DNA of 64,000 bases from a virus. Under the pieces are notes generated by a model. That model was not told the origin of the DNA. It did no database searches and saw only the letters and a program-made list of their open reading frames with translations. Numbering within the stretch: the stretch's first letter is position 1; the number at the start of each line of letters is the position of its first letter. A program made the translations under genes and the position numbers. The stretch is from the IMG/VR virus record IMGVR_UViG_3300012953_000013, positions 64,001 through 128,000 of that record. One strand, 5' to 3'. Positions 36,508 to 45,438 of the stretch are shown here, piece by piece.

Positions 36508-37301
36508 TTTACCCTGCCTTTGCCAGAAAAAGAAAGGTTGCGGTTTTTCTTTTGTGGCTTTTTATCTTTTTTAATATAAGATAATTTCCAATCGTCAATT
36601 GTATCGTTTTTCCAAGCTTTTAAATAACTTTCTAAAACTGGAATAGGAACAGGCTTTTCTCCAAGAGACTTTAAAAGAAATTCCATAAATAAATGCTGCT
36701 CAATTATGTCATCATTTAAATTTCCCCAGGTCCAAGGAACAAGCTCTTTTTTCTGGCCTATTTTATTTTTTATTTTTTTGATTCCGCTGTCTAAAAGAGA
36801 AAGATACCCAGCATCTTCAATCTCGAATTCAATTCCAAGCTTTTCGGCTTGAACTACAAGGTCTTCTAAAGAACCGCTCTCAAGTAATTGTTTAGATTTT
36901 TTAAAAAACTTCTCTCTTTCAGCAACTTCTTCTTCACTTAAACCTAAAGATTGAACTTTGTCTGGATGAGTTTGCAAAGCAATTTGCTTATAGAGTTTTT
37001 TAGCCCATTCTGGAGCAATATTTTCTTTATTTGAAATTTCTAAATTTCCATCTTCATCAAAAGAATATCTTATGTCATCTTTATTAAATTCAAAAGAGTT
37101 ACTTAAATCTTCTTCAGGTGAAATTTCTTCTTCTTGCGAAGAATACTTTGCAAGATCACAAACAATTAGATTAAGCTCATTTTCGTAAATCGAAAACAAG
37201 TCAAGAAAGTCATGCTCGACTTCCTTGAGATATTTTAGCTCTCTTTTTTTGAGCCTTATTTCAGTCTTAAGCTTTTTTTCTTTTCGAAGCGATTTAGACA
37301 T
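36504..37301 (-). CDS. J-domain-containing protein
   Basis: KKLYKQIALQTHPDKV (HPD motif) after a coiled-coil N-terminus. Confidence 0.7.
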   Translation of the reverse strand: MSKSLRKEKKLKTEIRLKKRELKYLKEVEHDFLDLFSIYENELNLIVCDLAKYSSQEEEISPEEDLSNSFEFNKDDIRYSFDEDGNLEISNKENIAPEWAKKLYKQIALQTHPDKVQSLGLSEEEVAEREKFFKKSKQLLESGSLEDLVVQAEKLGIEFEIEDAGYLSLLDSGIKKIKNKIGQKKELVPWTWGNLNDDIIEQHLFMEFLLKSLGEKPVPIPVLESYLKAWKNDTIDDWKLSYIKKDKKPQKKNRNLSFSGKGRVN

Positions 37302-37315
37302 AGTGCCCCGCTTCT

Positions 37316-37322
37316 TAAGTAT
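37316..37322 (-). promoter_or_regulatory. ATANTTA motif (ATACTTA)
   Basis: 15 nt upstream of start 37301. Confidence 0.4.
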
Positions 37323-37328
37323 AAGTTC

Positions 37329-37598
37329 CTAAGATGAAAATGGGGAATCGCTAAATGATTCTTGATCGCTTTCTTGATTCGAACTAGTGTTTTCAGCATC
37401 GTTCATCATACTGTTTAGATTTGCTTCAAAATTTTCTTGGCAGTCAGCAGTAAGAACTAGTTTATCTTCTGAAATTGTAAGCTCGATAATCCTAAGATTA
37501 TCAACAATATCAGTACCCGTAATAATTGCAACTTGAAGTGCTTTAGCAACATGAGCAATTACACTATCGCTAAGCTTATATGTGTTTTCTTGTGACAT
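37329..37598 (-). CDS. Hypothetical protein
   Basis: 89 aa, AAGGAG RBS. Confidence 0.65.
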   Translation of the reverse strand: MSQENTYKLSDSVIAHVAKALQVAIITGTDIVDNLRIIELTISEDKLVLTADCQENFEANLNSMMNDAENTSSNQESDQESFSDSPFSS

Positions 37599-37642
37599 AG
37601 AATTCTCCTTTCAGTTATTATATTGATAAATTTCTTCTTGTA

Positions 37643-38806
37643 TTACTCTAAATTTTTTAAAAAATCTCTCCAACTACTCCAGTAATCTTCAGAAAAAATT
37701 GATTTCTCAAGCTCTAAAACTTTTTCTCTTGAGTTTTTACAGTTTGAATCATTTGACAAATAAGAGACTGCATCCCAAATATCTGAAGCGGTAAACACAT
37801 CAAAATAGTGGTTTGAATCTTTTTGTTCTCCCCAGGCACTCTTAAACTTTGTTCCTAAAATATAATTTCTATGTACTATTATAGGAGTTCCAGTAGAGCG
37901 GCATGCTGACGGTACGCCTCCGGCCCAATCATCAGATTTTAAATGAATAACTCCCCTAGACTTAAAATATTGCTTTAAAACTTCTCTCGGGCTGAGTGTT
38001 TTGTAGTTTCCAGTTATTCCATTTTCTCCAGAATATCTTATATCTGCACCCTGCCGTCTAATATTGCCTCCAAAATTTTCTAAAGTGCCTCCGTAAGTTG
38101 ACAGAGCAGAGTTAAGAGCTTCTTGAACTTTGATTGTATTTTCTGGTTGTCTGACTTTGAAATTATGATGAAAACTAGAAAAGGTAAGGTTATCACTCCA
38201 GAGATTTTGATTTTCAACTGGGTCTACGCCTAAGATCTTGATTTCATTAGAGTGTCTATAAAAACCTACGTGATTTTTTATACCAGCTTTTGGAGATAGC
38301 CCTTCGTAGCATGCCGGTAGAAATTCGCAACTATTAGAAAACCAACTCATTCTTTCTCTAAAGTTTCCTGGGTCAAAAGTGCTATTGATTATTTTTGATC
38401 CCTTACAATATTTCTCAATCAAACTTAAAACACCTTGAAGCCTCTCTTTATGAAAGTGCGGCGTAATATGAACAGCGTCAAAAAAATTGTTTTCTTTCTC
38501 TATATCAACTAGTTTTACTGTACAACTTTTTTCAGTAATTGGCTCAACGAAATCTTCTAAAAACAAAAAATTGTCTTCTCCGTATGGCAATTCTCCCAAC
38601 TTATGAAAATCGTGATAATGAAAATTAGTTTGAGATGGATTTTCTGAAGACCAACTTAGTAAAATGGGCCACAAAAGAGTCTTATCCCACTCGATTAAAC
38701 TAGTAGATCCCGGTTTAACATAAAAAACCTCATGGCCTAACTTGTTATAGTGGTATACTAAACTACTTACGGCTCTCCAATTAGTGTCTAATATTAAGAT
38801 TTTCAT
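37643..38806 (-). CDS. Putative GT-B glycosyltransferase-like protein
   Basis: MKILILD..LGHEV N-terminal Rossmann strand; C-terminal SACRSTGTPIIV resembles EAxAxGxPVI. Confidence 0.45.
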   Translation of the reverse strand: MKILILDTNWRAVSSLVYHYNKLGHEVFYVKPGSTSLIEWDKTLLWPILLSWSSENPSQTNFHYHDFHKLGELPYGEDNFLFLEDFVEPITEKSCTVKLVDIEKENNFFDAVHITPHFHKERLQGVLSLIEKYCKGSKIINSTFDPGNFRERMSWFSNSCEFLPACYEGLSPKAGIKNHVGFYRHSNEIKILGVDPVENQNLWSDNLTFSSFHHNFKVRQPENTIKVQEALNSALSTYGGTLENFGGNIRRQGADIRYSGENGITGNYKTLSPREVLKQYFKSRGVIHLKSDDWAGGVPSACRSTGTPIIVHRNYILGTKFKSAWGEQKDSNHYFDVFTASDIWDAVSYLSNDSNCKNSREKVLELEKSIFSEDYWSSWRDFLKNLE

Positions 38807-38813
38807 TTATTGA

Positions 38814-39629
38814 TTACACTCCAATTGTTTGGTGGTTGGGGCTCCAGTGAGTAGATCTTCCATCAGGAGTAGTCTCTTTTTTCACTTCATTTCCGTCTTC
38901 ATCAATTTTTCTATTATATACTAAAAACCTAGAAGAGTATTGGCCAGCATTTCCATCTAAATCTCTATAAGAAGAAATTGTAGCTCCACCTGATTTATAA
39001 CTTTCTCTCAGTATTATTTTTATTGAGTTGTTGAGACTTTCAAGATTTCTATCTGACAAATCTTTTACATTAGCGTGAGGATTAATTCTTGATAGCCACA
39101 AAGAATCTGCTTTAACATAATTTCCAACTCCACATATAACTGATTGGTCCATCACGGCTTTGCATATGTTATGCTTATTTTTCTTTCTCAGCCTCTCAAT
39201 AAATTTTTCTGCTGAGACATCTTCTGAAAGCATATCTGGGCCGAGAGATTGCAGTTTTTCAATAAGCTGATGTTTTCCTCTAACAAATTTTAGAGTTCCA
39301 AAATTTCTCTGATCTCTATAATATAGATAGTCTCCATTGGAAAAACTAAACCTAACCCTATTGTGAGGGTGCTCTTCAGTAACCCAAGAACCCGTCATCC
39401 CCAAAGTATTCCAAATAGAAAACTCTTTATTTAATATCCAGTAGATGAATTTACCGTGTACTCCAACGCCGGCAACTTTTGCAGGAAGTTCTTCTTTAAA
39501 AGAATCTATACCGCTTGGAAGCTTTTTTGTATATCTTCCAGACAGAATCTCGACATTAGTCATTTTTTTATTCGAAACAAATTTTGCTAAACTCTCAGCA
39601 ATTCTTTTGCACTCTGGTCCTTCTGGCAT
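38814..39629 (-). CDS. Fpg/Nei DNA glycosylase, zincless-finger type
   Basis: MPEGPE start, HGKF, LGMTG, RNFG, LGPD, H2TH MDQ...GVGNY; no Cys4 finger. Confidence 0.9.
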   Translation of the reverse strand: MPEGPECKRIAESLAKFVSNKKMTNVEILSGRYTKKLPSGIDSFKEELPAKVAGVGVHGKFIYWILNKEFSIWNTLGMTGSWVTEEHPHNRVRFSFSNGDYLYYRDQRNFGTLKFVRGKHQLIEKLQSLGPDMLSEDVSAEKFIERLRKKNKHNICKAVMDQSVICGVGNYVKADSLWLSRINPHANVKDLSDRNLESLNNSIKIILRESYKSGGATISSYRDLDGNAGQYSSRFLVYNRKIDEDGNEVKKETTPDGRSTHWSPNHQTIGV

Positions 39630-39679
39630 TTATAAACTCCTGCAATAGTGATATTTTAATAATATAGGAAGAATTGTTC

Positions 39680-40339
39680 ATGAAAAGAGTAATCATATCA
39701 GACCTTCACATTGGGAGCAAATTTTATAACTCAAAAGAACTACTTGAATTTCTAAACTCTGAGCATTATGATGAGCTTATTTTAGCCGGAGACATAATAG
39801 ATTTCATAAAAATACCGATTTTTACTAAAAGGTGTTTGGATATAGCTAAATCAATAGACTATTCCAAAAAAATAATTTATATCGTTGGAAATCATGATGA
39901 GGGGCTAATAAATTTAGTTGGTCAAAAAATAGGCAACGTTGAATTTATGAAAAGATATGAGTTTGAGTCTTTTGGAAGAAAATTTAGAATAGAGCATGGA
40001 GACGAATATGATAGAGGAGTTTTGCATAACAGGGTTTTTGTAAAATTTCTATCAGTAATCCAAAATATTTTAGAGTTTGCTTTTGATTTTGATTTTACCA
40101 GCTGGTGGACAGAGAAGCAAATCAAAAAACATAAACTAAGAAGTGCTATTCACATAATAAAGCACAATCCAGACGTTGATGTTTTTATTATGGGACATAA
40201 TCATTTTCCAGAAGCAATAATATGGGTCGATGAAGACCAGAATATAAAAACATACATCAATGCTGGAGACTGGGTTACACACCAAACTTATGTCACAATA
40301 GAGGGTGGTGTCGCTAGATTAAGAAAGTTTGATTCTTAA
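39680..40339 (+). CDS. Calcineurin-like metallophosphoesterase (LpxH-like)
   Basis: SDLHIG, GDIID, GNHD, EHGD, GHNH, NAGDW. Confidence 0.85.
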   Translation: MKRVIISDLHIGSKFYNSKELLEFLNSEHYDELILAGDIIDFIKIPIFTKRCLDIAKSIDYSKKIIYIVGNHDEGLINLVGQKIGNVEFMKRYEFESFGRKFRIEHGDEYDRGVLHNRVFVKFLSVIQNILEFAFDFDFTSWWTEKQIKKHKLRSAIHIIKHNPDVDVFIMGHNHFPEAIIWVDEDQNIKTYINAGDWVTHQTYVTIEGGVARLRKFDS

Positions 40340-40764
40340 ATTTCTTGGTAAGTCCCAAAAACCTTATCAATGAAAGGATATGTTCCAGAAAAATTAGACT
40401 TTACTTTTCCAAGGTGGTGGCTCATATGATGATTAGCAGCTTTTGTATCCGCCCCTGTATGAGCTCTTCGATGTCGATAAGCATATAAAGCAAAGAAGCT
40501 TATTAACCCAATTGAAAATGCTGGTGCTAAAATAAAAACGCCAATAGCGAAACTCCAGACAGCTAAATTAGCCCACCACGGAAAAAAGAAAGCGCCCGGA
40601 TCTTCCGGACGTTGATGATGTCTCGTATGAATAGCTTTCCACTGCTTAAGCACTGGGTATTTGCCAAGCGGTCCGTGAAAAATATAGCGATGAAAAAAAT
40701 AAAACATGTAAGCGCCAAATAAATGGCCAAGAACTGCTAGCAATAAACTGAGTGCTAAGTCCAC
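40336..40764 (-). CDS. Fatty-acid hydroxylase / sterol desaturase family protein
   Basis: His boxes FHRYIFH, HTRHH, HRRAH, HHMSHH; D.VFGT; TM segments. Confidence 0.8.
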   Translation of the reverse strand: MDLALSLLLAVLGHLFGAYMFYFFHRYIFHGPLGKYPVLKQWKAIHTRHHQRPEDPGAFFFPWWANLAVWSFAIGVFILAPAFSIGLISFFALYAYRHRRAHTGADTKAANHHMSHHLGKVKSNFSGTYPFIDKVFGTYQEI

Positions 40765-40778
40765 AATAGTCTCCCGAT

Positions 40779-41255
40779 CTAAATAGATTCTCCTTTGACC
40801 CTTAGGTCCACTAAATAACTATAATAATAATTTAAAGCGTGATCTGTCGGGGTCACATTTTCCCAATCACCTTTACAAAAAATATGCCAAGCATCATCTG
40901 CATACTTTCCGCAGCCATATAAGTCTTTGGCAGTTTTCCAGTCAGCGCTAAGATAATCTTTCGAAAATTTCATTAAAGTTTTTGCTCTCTTATTAGAAAG
41001 ACCAAGTGGTTTCAAAATATCTCTTAAGTCTTCTTCATCAGCTAAAACCATAAAATCTGGCTCTGGATACTTTTTAAAAAGTGTTGGAAGAATTTTTCTA
41101 ACCTGCTTATGAGTTGTTAGATTCAATAAAATACAGCAAACGAGTATCTTCCACTCATCTCCAAAGTATGGCTCTTGGACAAGATTCATTGGAGACTGTG
41201 GTGGATTCCAGTTTTGCATGAATAAAATATAATCGGCAAAACTGGAATTTATCAA
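40779..41255 (-). CDS. MBD4-like HhH DNA glycosylase
   Basis: QE..F.D.WK.L...I.LN, LKPLGL...RAKT..KFS, L.G.GKYADD...IFC..W..V.P.DH.L. Confidence 0.85.
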   Translation of the reverse strand: MINSSFADYILFMQNWNPPQSPMNLVQEPYFGDEWKILVCCILLNLTTHKQVRKILPTLFKKYPEPDFMVLADEEDLRDILKPLGLSNKRAKTLMKFSKDYLSADWKTAKDLYGCGKYADDAWHIFCKGDWENVTPTDHALNYYYSYLVDLRVKGESI

Positions 41256-41914
41256 AGTTTTTCAAACTTATATCCAAATGTCTCTATTTCCCAAGCACAA
41301 ATTCTTTCAATATACTCACTAGTTTCGTAGTCATAATTTTTCAAATAGTCTTTTCCAAAACCATGCTTATTCTTATGAAATACTTTGTTAAAAGAGTGGT
41401 CTAAATTGAGTTCTTCACAAGCCCTGTTTAAATCTTCTTTCATATATTCCATTCTACCAACAAAGTCTACCAATATATTTCCGTCTAAATCTGAAATGTA
41501 AGTAAGTGCAGACAAGGGGTTTCTTTTTCCAGCAGTAGGACAATCTATTAAATGATTACAAACTTTTCTAGATTCCAGCAACCATTTTTTAAAATCTTTA
41601 ATTTTGTGGCACTTTTGCCTTTCAAGCGACCATTTCCATTGACAGAACGCTCTTTGCCACGGGTTTCTAACCCATGCAATTTTATGCCAATCTTCCCAAA
41701 TATCTTTGCCAACTTTATTTTTCACATATAAAGCAGTCGCGTGCTTTTGATACCTGTGGATTTTTATTTTATAGAAATGATTATAAGCAGTTGATCCGCC
41801 AGCTTTTGGAATATGGATAAAGACGCCTTTTGCGTCTTTTGGAATGCCGCGGTCTTCCATGGTGTGCTTAGCTATGGTAAGATTGCCAGTTTTTTTATTT
41901 CGTCTTCTTGGCAA
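41252..41914 (-). CDS. Sulfotransferase family protein
   Basis: FIHIPKAGGST, VRNPWQR, VDFVGRME. Confidence 0.8.
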   Translation of the reverse strand: MPRRRNKKTGNLTIAKHTMEDRGIPKDAKGVFIHIPKAGGSTAYNHFYKIKIHRYQKHATALYVKNKVGKDIWEDWHKIAWVRNPWQRAFCQWKWSLERQKCHKIKDFKKWLLESRKVCNHLIDCPTAGKRNPLSALTYISDLDGNILVDFVGRMEYMKEDLNRACEELNLDHSFNKVFHKNKHGFGKDYLKNYDYETSEYIERICAWEIETFGYKFEKL

Positions 41915-41940
41915 AATTTCACCTCCTTAAACTAAAGAGG

Positions 41941-42267
41941 CTACATGAACTTCATCGCCCAAGCAAAGAAAGCCATTCCAAACTGAACTACAGCAAATAT
42001 TGTTATAGCCTTAGTTTTGAACAGCTTAAGGTCTTCAACTTCTTTTACCATTGTTTGTAATTGCGTCGGAGAAGCAACTTCATCGACTTTTTCTTTCCAA
42101 GCTCTAAGCTCGTCAACTCGGTCTTCTCTTTCTCTCATTCTTGCAATTTCTTGCTTGAGTTCTTGAATTTCTGAATTTAAAGATTGTATACTTGCAGCCA
42201 AAGTTTCGAGTTCTTTAAGCACTAGTCGTGAATACTCGCTCCAGCCGTTGTTGGCATCATCACTCAT
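41941..42267 (-). CDS. Coiled-coil protein with C-terminal TM (XhlA-like holin candidate)
   Basis: NGWSEYSRLVLKELE, heptads, TM AITIFAVVQFGMAFFAW; ATG 42267. Confidence 0.5.
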   Translation of the reverse strand: MSDDANNGWSEYSRLVLKELETLAASIQSLNSEIQELKQEIARMREREDRVDELRAWKEKVDEVASPTQLQTMVKEVEDLKLFKTKAITIFAVVQFGMAFFAWAMKFM

Positions 42268-42505
42268 CACATTTCTCCAGGTCTTTTTCGCGATCTGGAT
42301 CAATCAAAACAAGTAAAGAGTCTATTTTATTCACTATGTTTTCTCGACTAACACCTGGATCACTAGCATATGTTTTCAAAACTTTCAACTCGTCAACTAT
42401 AGCATCTTTAATCGCGAAAGCATTCTTCCATTGAGTTTGTTTATTGCATAATTCTTCACGTAATTTACGCAATTTCTGTATAGAAGTTTTTGTTTCACAA
42501 TCCAT
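42260..42505 (-). CDS. Hypothetical protein
   Basis: ATG 42505 within track ORF 42260..42541. Confidence 0.5.
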   Translation of the reverse strand: MDCETKTSIQKLRKLREELCNKQTQWKNAFAIKDAIVDELKVLKTYASDPGVSRENIVNKIDSLLVLIDPDREKDLEKCDE

Positions 42506-42569
42506 AAAAAAAGCCCGAACAATTCCAACGTTAATAAGCAACGCTTACTATTACATATTACATTCGGCT

Positions 42570-42815
42570 CTAATTATTCGGTAAAATCCATTCGTTTCTA
42601 GAGCTTAAACCTTGAGAGAAACACTCACATTCCCTGCTGGTGGCTGACTTCATTCCGGAACCGTAAGCTTGGCAAGATTGTCGGCATTTTTCAATAATAC
42701 TTTCATCGACGCCGCAAGAATTAATTCCAAAACAGAGAACTATGGTTACGCAAACATAAAAAATAGATTTTATAGCTAAATTAGATAATGAATCAATTTT
42801 GGGGTTTTCCGACAT
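42570..42815 (-). CDS. Small membrane-anchored Cys-rich protein
   Basis: TM segment then C..SC..Y.....A...CEC. Confidence 0.55.
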   Translation of the reverse strand: MSENPKIDSLSNLAIKSIFYVCVTIVLCFGINSCGVDESIIEKCRQSCQAYGSGMKSATSRECECFSQGLSSRNEWILPNN

Positions 42816-42951
42816 CTTGGTCTTCCCTCAGCTCTTCTTCGCTATAGACTATCATTTTTTTAAACTTATTAGTTTCCGGATCCCAAACTAGTCTCCACCT
42901 AATTAGATCTTCAATCTCACGAAGAAAAGATTTGATTTTTTCTCTGCTCAT
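42793..42951 (-). CDS. Small ORF below track cut-off (52 aa)
   Basis: MSREKIKSFLREIEDLIRWRLVWDPETNKFKK...; fills an otherwise empty gap and overlaps both neighbours. Confidence 0.5.
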   Translation of the reverse strand: MSREKIKSFLREIEDLIRWRLVWDPETNKFKKMIVYSEEELREDQDVGKPQN

Positions 42952-43178
42952 AATCTACTCTCAGCAGATTCCCATATTAGCGTCCACCACTCTCTATACA
43001 TTGATTTCATGTCTGACCAAAAAGTGCCGACAAATATACCAAATAAAAAATAAGGAAAAATTGTCGGCAAGCCGAAAAATTCTGTGGCTGTTTCTAGGAA
43101 AAAATAGAAAAAAGTAAAAGCAAATAGCGGAATCAAAGCAACTAAAAAAGCAAAAAAAGTAACTAAAAAATTCCTCAT
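42948..43178 (-). CDS. Small two-TM membrane protein
   Basis: 76 aa, Phe/Leu-rich segments. Confidence 0.55.
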   Translation of the reverse strand: MRNFLVTFFAFLVALIPLFAFTFFYFFLETATEFFGLPTIFPYFLFGIFVGTFWSDMKSMYREWWTLIWESAESRL

Positions 43179-43888
43179 CAGCTTCTTCTTGTTTCTTGAT
43201 ATGCTTTAACTGTTACCGGCCAAAGATTCGCCGCCATGTCCAAGCAGGCTTCTGCGACTTTTTGGATTTCCCATTGTGCTCCCACATGCGTTCGTAAGTC
43301 AACGAACTTGAGCAAATTATTAAGATTGGTAGTTCCATAATATTCCGTATACATGTTTTGAGGTAGTACACCTCGAGCTTGTTCTCTACAGACACCCATT
43401 TTAATAAGGTTTTCATATAAGTTAAGAGAATTATTATTATGTTCTTTAATTACAGTAGAAGCTGTTTTTCCGTATTCAGTATCGCTTAAGTCTGGAATTA
43501 TTACAGGGTCAATTAGATTATCTACGTTCGAAGCTTGTCGATTACTTTTATGCTGAGTTCTAAAAGAGTCCGGCTGGTAAAACTTGATATCGATATCAGT
43601 GTACCTCCTAGAGATCTCATTGTAGGACCAAGTGCGATGACGATGGTGCTGGCTACGCACAAAAATAGGAACACAAAAACGAAAGGTAACCAGGTTGTGT
43701 TCAAGTGTACTAGTATGTCTGTGTTCAATAAGGTATCTGATAAGCTTTTCATCTCTCTCGTCCATAGTCATTTTTTGCTTACCGAAAGAAACTCTCGCGC
43801 TGTTAACTACGCTTAGGTCAGAACCCATATGCTCAACGTACTCAACTGCGCCTATTCCGTCACCATAAAGCTCAATTCTTTTATTCAT
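43178..43888 (-). CDS. thyX: FAD-dependent thymidylate synthase
   Basis: VNSARVSF, HTSTLEH, RHRTWSYNEISRRY, EQARGVLP; ATG 43888 in ATGA overlap. Confidence 0.95.
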   Translation of the reverse strand: MNKRIELYGDGIGAVEYVEHMGSDLSVVNSARVSFGKQKMTMDERDEKLIRYLIEHRHTSTLEHNLVTFRFCVPIFVRSQHHRHRTWSYNEISRRYTDIDIKFYQPDSFRTQHKSNRQASNVDNLIDPVIIPDLSDTEYGKTASTVIKEHNNNSLNLYENLIKMGVCREQARGVLPQNMYTEYYGTTNLNNLLKFVDLRTHVGAQWEIQKVAEACLDMAANLWPVTVKAYQETRRS

Positions 43889-44793
43889 TTGTCCACACAA
43901 TATAATGGGTTATTTTTTAAATCTTTAAGCATTTCTTCGATGTCTAATCCTGCACAATCAATTTTTCTTTTAGTTAAGTGAAAATGAGAACAAAAACCCT
44001 TAAATTTATTGGATTGGCAGTCTGGATCGACAGCCCATTTAGTAGAAGGTGCTTCTAGTGGTATGCCAAGCCCCTCATGACATGCCATCCACAGGGCTTT
44101 CAGAGCTTCTTTCTGAATTGGATAAAAATCCATAAATGGATCCATTGATTTGCCATGACAAGTGGCATCAGATATTAACGGTCTTTCTCCGAAACCATTT
44201 CTAGCATACCAATTCTGATACTTTGGATAATAAGCATTAGCTATTTCAACTCCAACTGAAGAATGATTCCATTTTGATCCTCCGGCATGCCAAGCCCCGT
44301 CATTCATGTCCATTAATTGATAAATAGTCCCATCATTATCAATACAGAAATGAACTGATATGTTTCTCTTGTTTAAGACTTTTACGCATGAATCGCTAGA
44401 GAGGCAAACGTCCCAATGGTTAACAAAAAACTTTATATTTCTCTTTTTTCCAGCATAAGAGTTTCTTCCACCAGTTAAAACAAGAGCTTCAGAATCTAAA
44501 TGTGTAACTACTTTATCCCAGTTAATTGGGATTGGCTGACCCCTATAATAGATACATTCACTAGAAATCTTAATTTGATATTTTTTAATATCGGTTAAAG
44601 ACTGTCTCTCAGTGTTAATTCTTCTATAAGTTGTTGGGCCACACATCCCATCAGCAGAAAGACCGTGAGCCTTCTGAAATTCTTTTATAGCCCTGGTTAA
44701 TTTCTTGTCAAAATCTCTGTGACCCGGAATAAACCAATCCGGTTCCCACTCCAACTTTACTGCAGAAGCTTCATTATAAAACTCTTTATCCAT
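43885..44793 (-). CDS. N-acetylmuramoyl-L-alanine amidase with PG-binding domain (endolysin candidate)
   Basis: AIKEFQKAHGLSADGMCGPTT; VNHWD, SVHFCID.DGTIYQL, AWHAG, GVEI. Confidence 0.88.
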   Translation of the reverse strand: MDKEFYNEASAVKLEWEPDWFIPGHRDFDKKLTRAIKEFQKAHGLSADGMCGPTTYRRINTERQSLTDIKKYQIKISSECIYYRGQPIPINWDKVVTHLDSEALVLTGGRNSYAGKKRNIKFFVNHWDVCLSSDSCVKVLNKRNISVHFCIDNDGTIYQLMDMNDGAWHAGGSKWNHSSVGVEIANAYYPKYQNWYARNGFGERPLISDATCHGKSMDPFMDFYPIQKEALKALWMACHEGLGIPLEAPSTKWAVDPDCQSNKFKGFCSHFHLTKRKIDCAGLDIEEMLKDLKNNPLYCVDK

Positions 44794-44827
44794 TTTTGAT
44801 TGTCCAAGTTAATGGTTATAAGACATT

Positions 44828-45430
44828 CTATTCAAAATCCACTTCAACAGAAACTGAAATGTTGATTTTTGGTACTCTTAAGTGGTTAACGATACCGTGC
44901 TTTTTAGCTTCTTCAGCATCCATAAACCAATCAGCGTGTTTTTTCTGAAAGACTTTCTTCTTAAAATAATCGTCTTTCTTTCCACAGTTTCTTGCCATCA
45001 TAGTGAAAATCTTTTCATCTAGACGTTCAGCTTCTTTGACATCAGCCTTAAGCTCTTCTATCTTTCCAAATCCACCACTGCTAACATCATGTATCATAAC
45101 TGTTGCGTTTTGATCAGCAAATCTCATTCCCTCTTCACCAAAAGTAAGAAGCACTGCACCACAAGACATCGCTTTTCCTTCGACAATCGTTGCAATTGGA
45201 AGCTCTGAGTGTTTAATTGCTGATATCATCGTCATTAAAGAGTACACTTGCCCTCCATAGGAATCAATTACGACTGGAATAACTTTTTGTCCTGTATTGT
45301 GAGCTTGGGCTATTTGCTGTTGGAAATCCTTAGCGGATTTTTCATCAAATTTGTTGACTGTTATGATAACCGGATTTTTTCTTAACTCTACTTCTTTAAT
45401 CAAAGGAGATATTTCTGTAGTCCATTTCAT
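44828..45430 (-). CDS. clpP: ClpP-like protease subunit
   Basis: IDSYGG, GKAMSCG, MIHD, DWFMDAEEA..HGIV. Confidence 0.85.
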   Translation of the reverse strand: MKWTTEISPLIKEVELRKNPVIITVNKFDEKSAKDFQQQIAQAHNTGQKVIPVVIDSYGGQVYSLMTMISAIKHSELPIATIVEGKAMSCGAVLLTFGEEGMRFADQNATVMIHDVSSGGFGKIEELKADVKEAERLDEKIFTMMARNCGKKDDYFKKKVFQKKHADWFMDAEEAKKHGIVNHLRVPKINISVSVEVDFE

Positions 45431-45438
45431 GATTTATC

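Noticed and set aside
35526-40339. TTAA as target-site duplication of mobile elements around plus-strand genes
   Set aside because: TTAA is common in AT-rich DNA; no transposase or terminal inverted repeats, and no matching left TTAA for the first cassette
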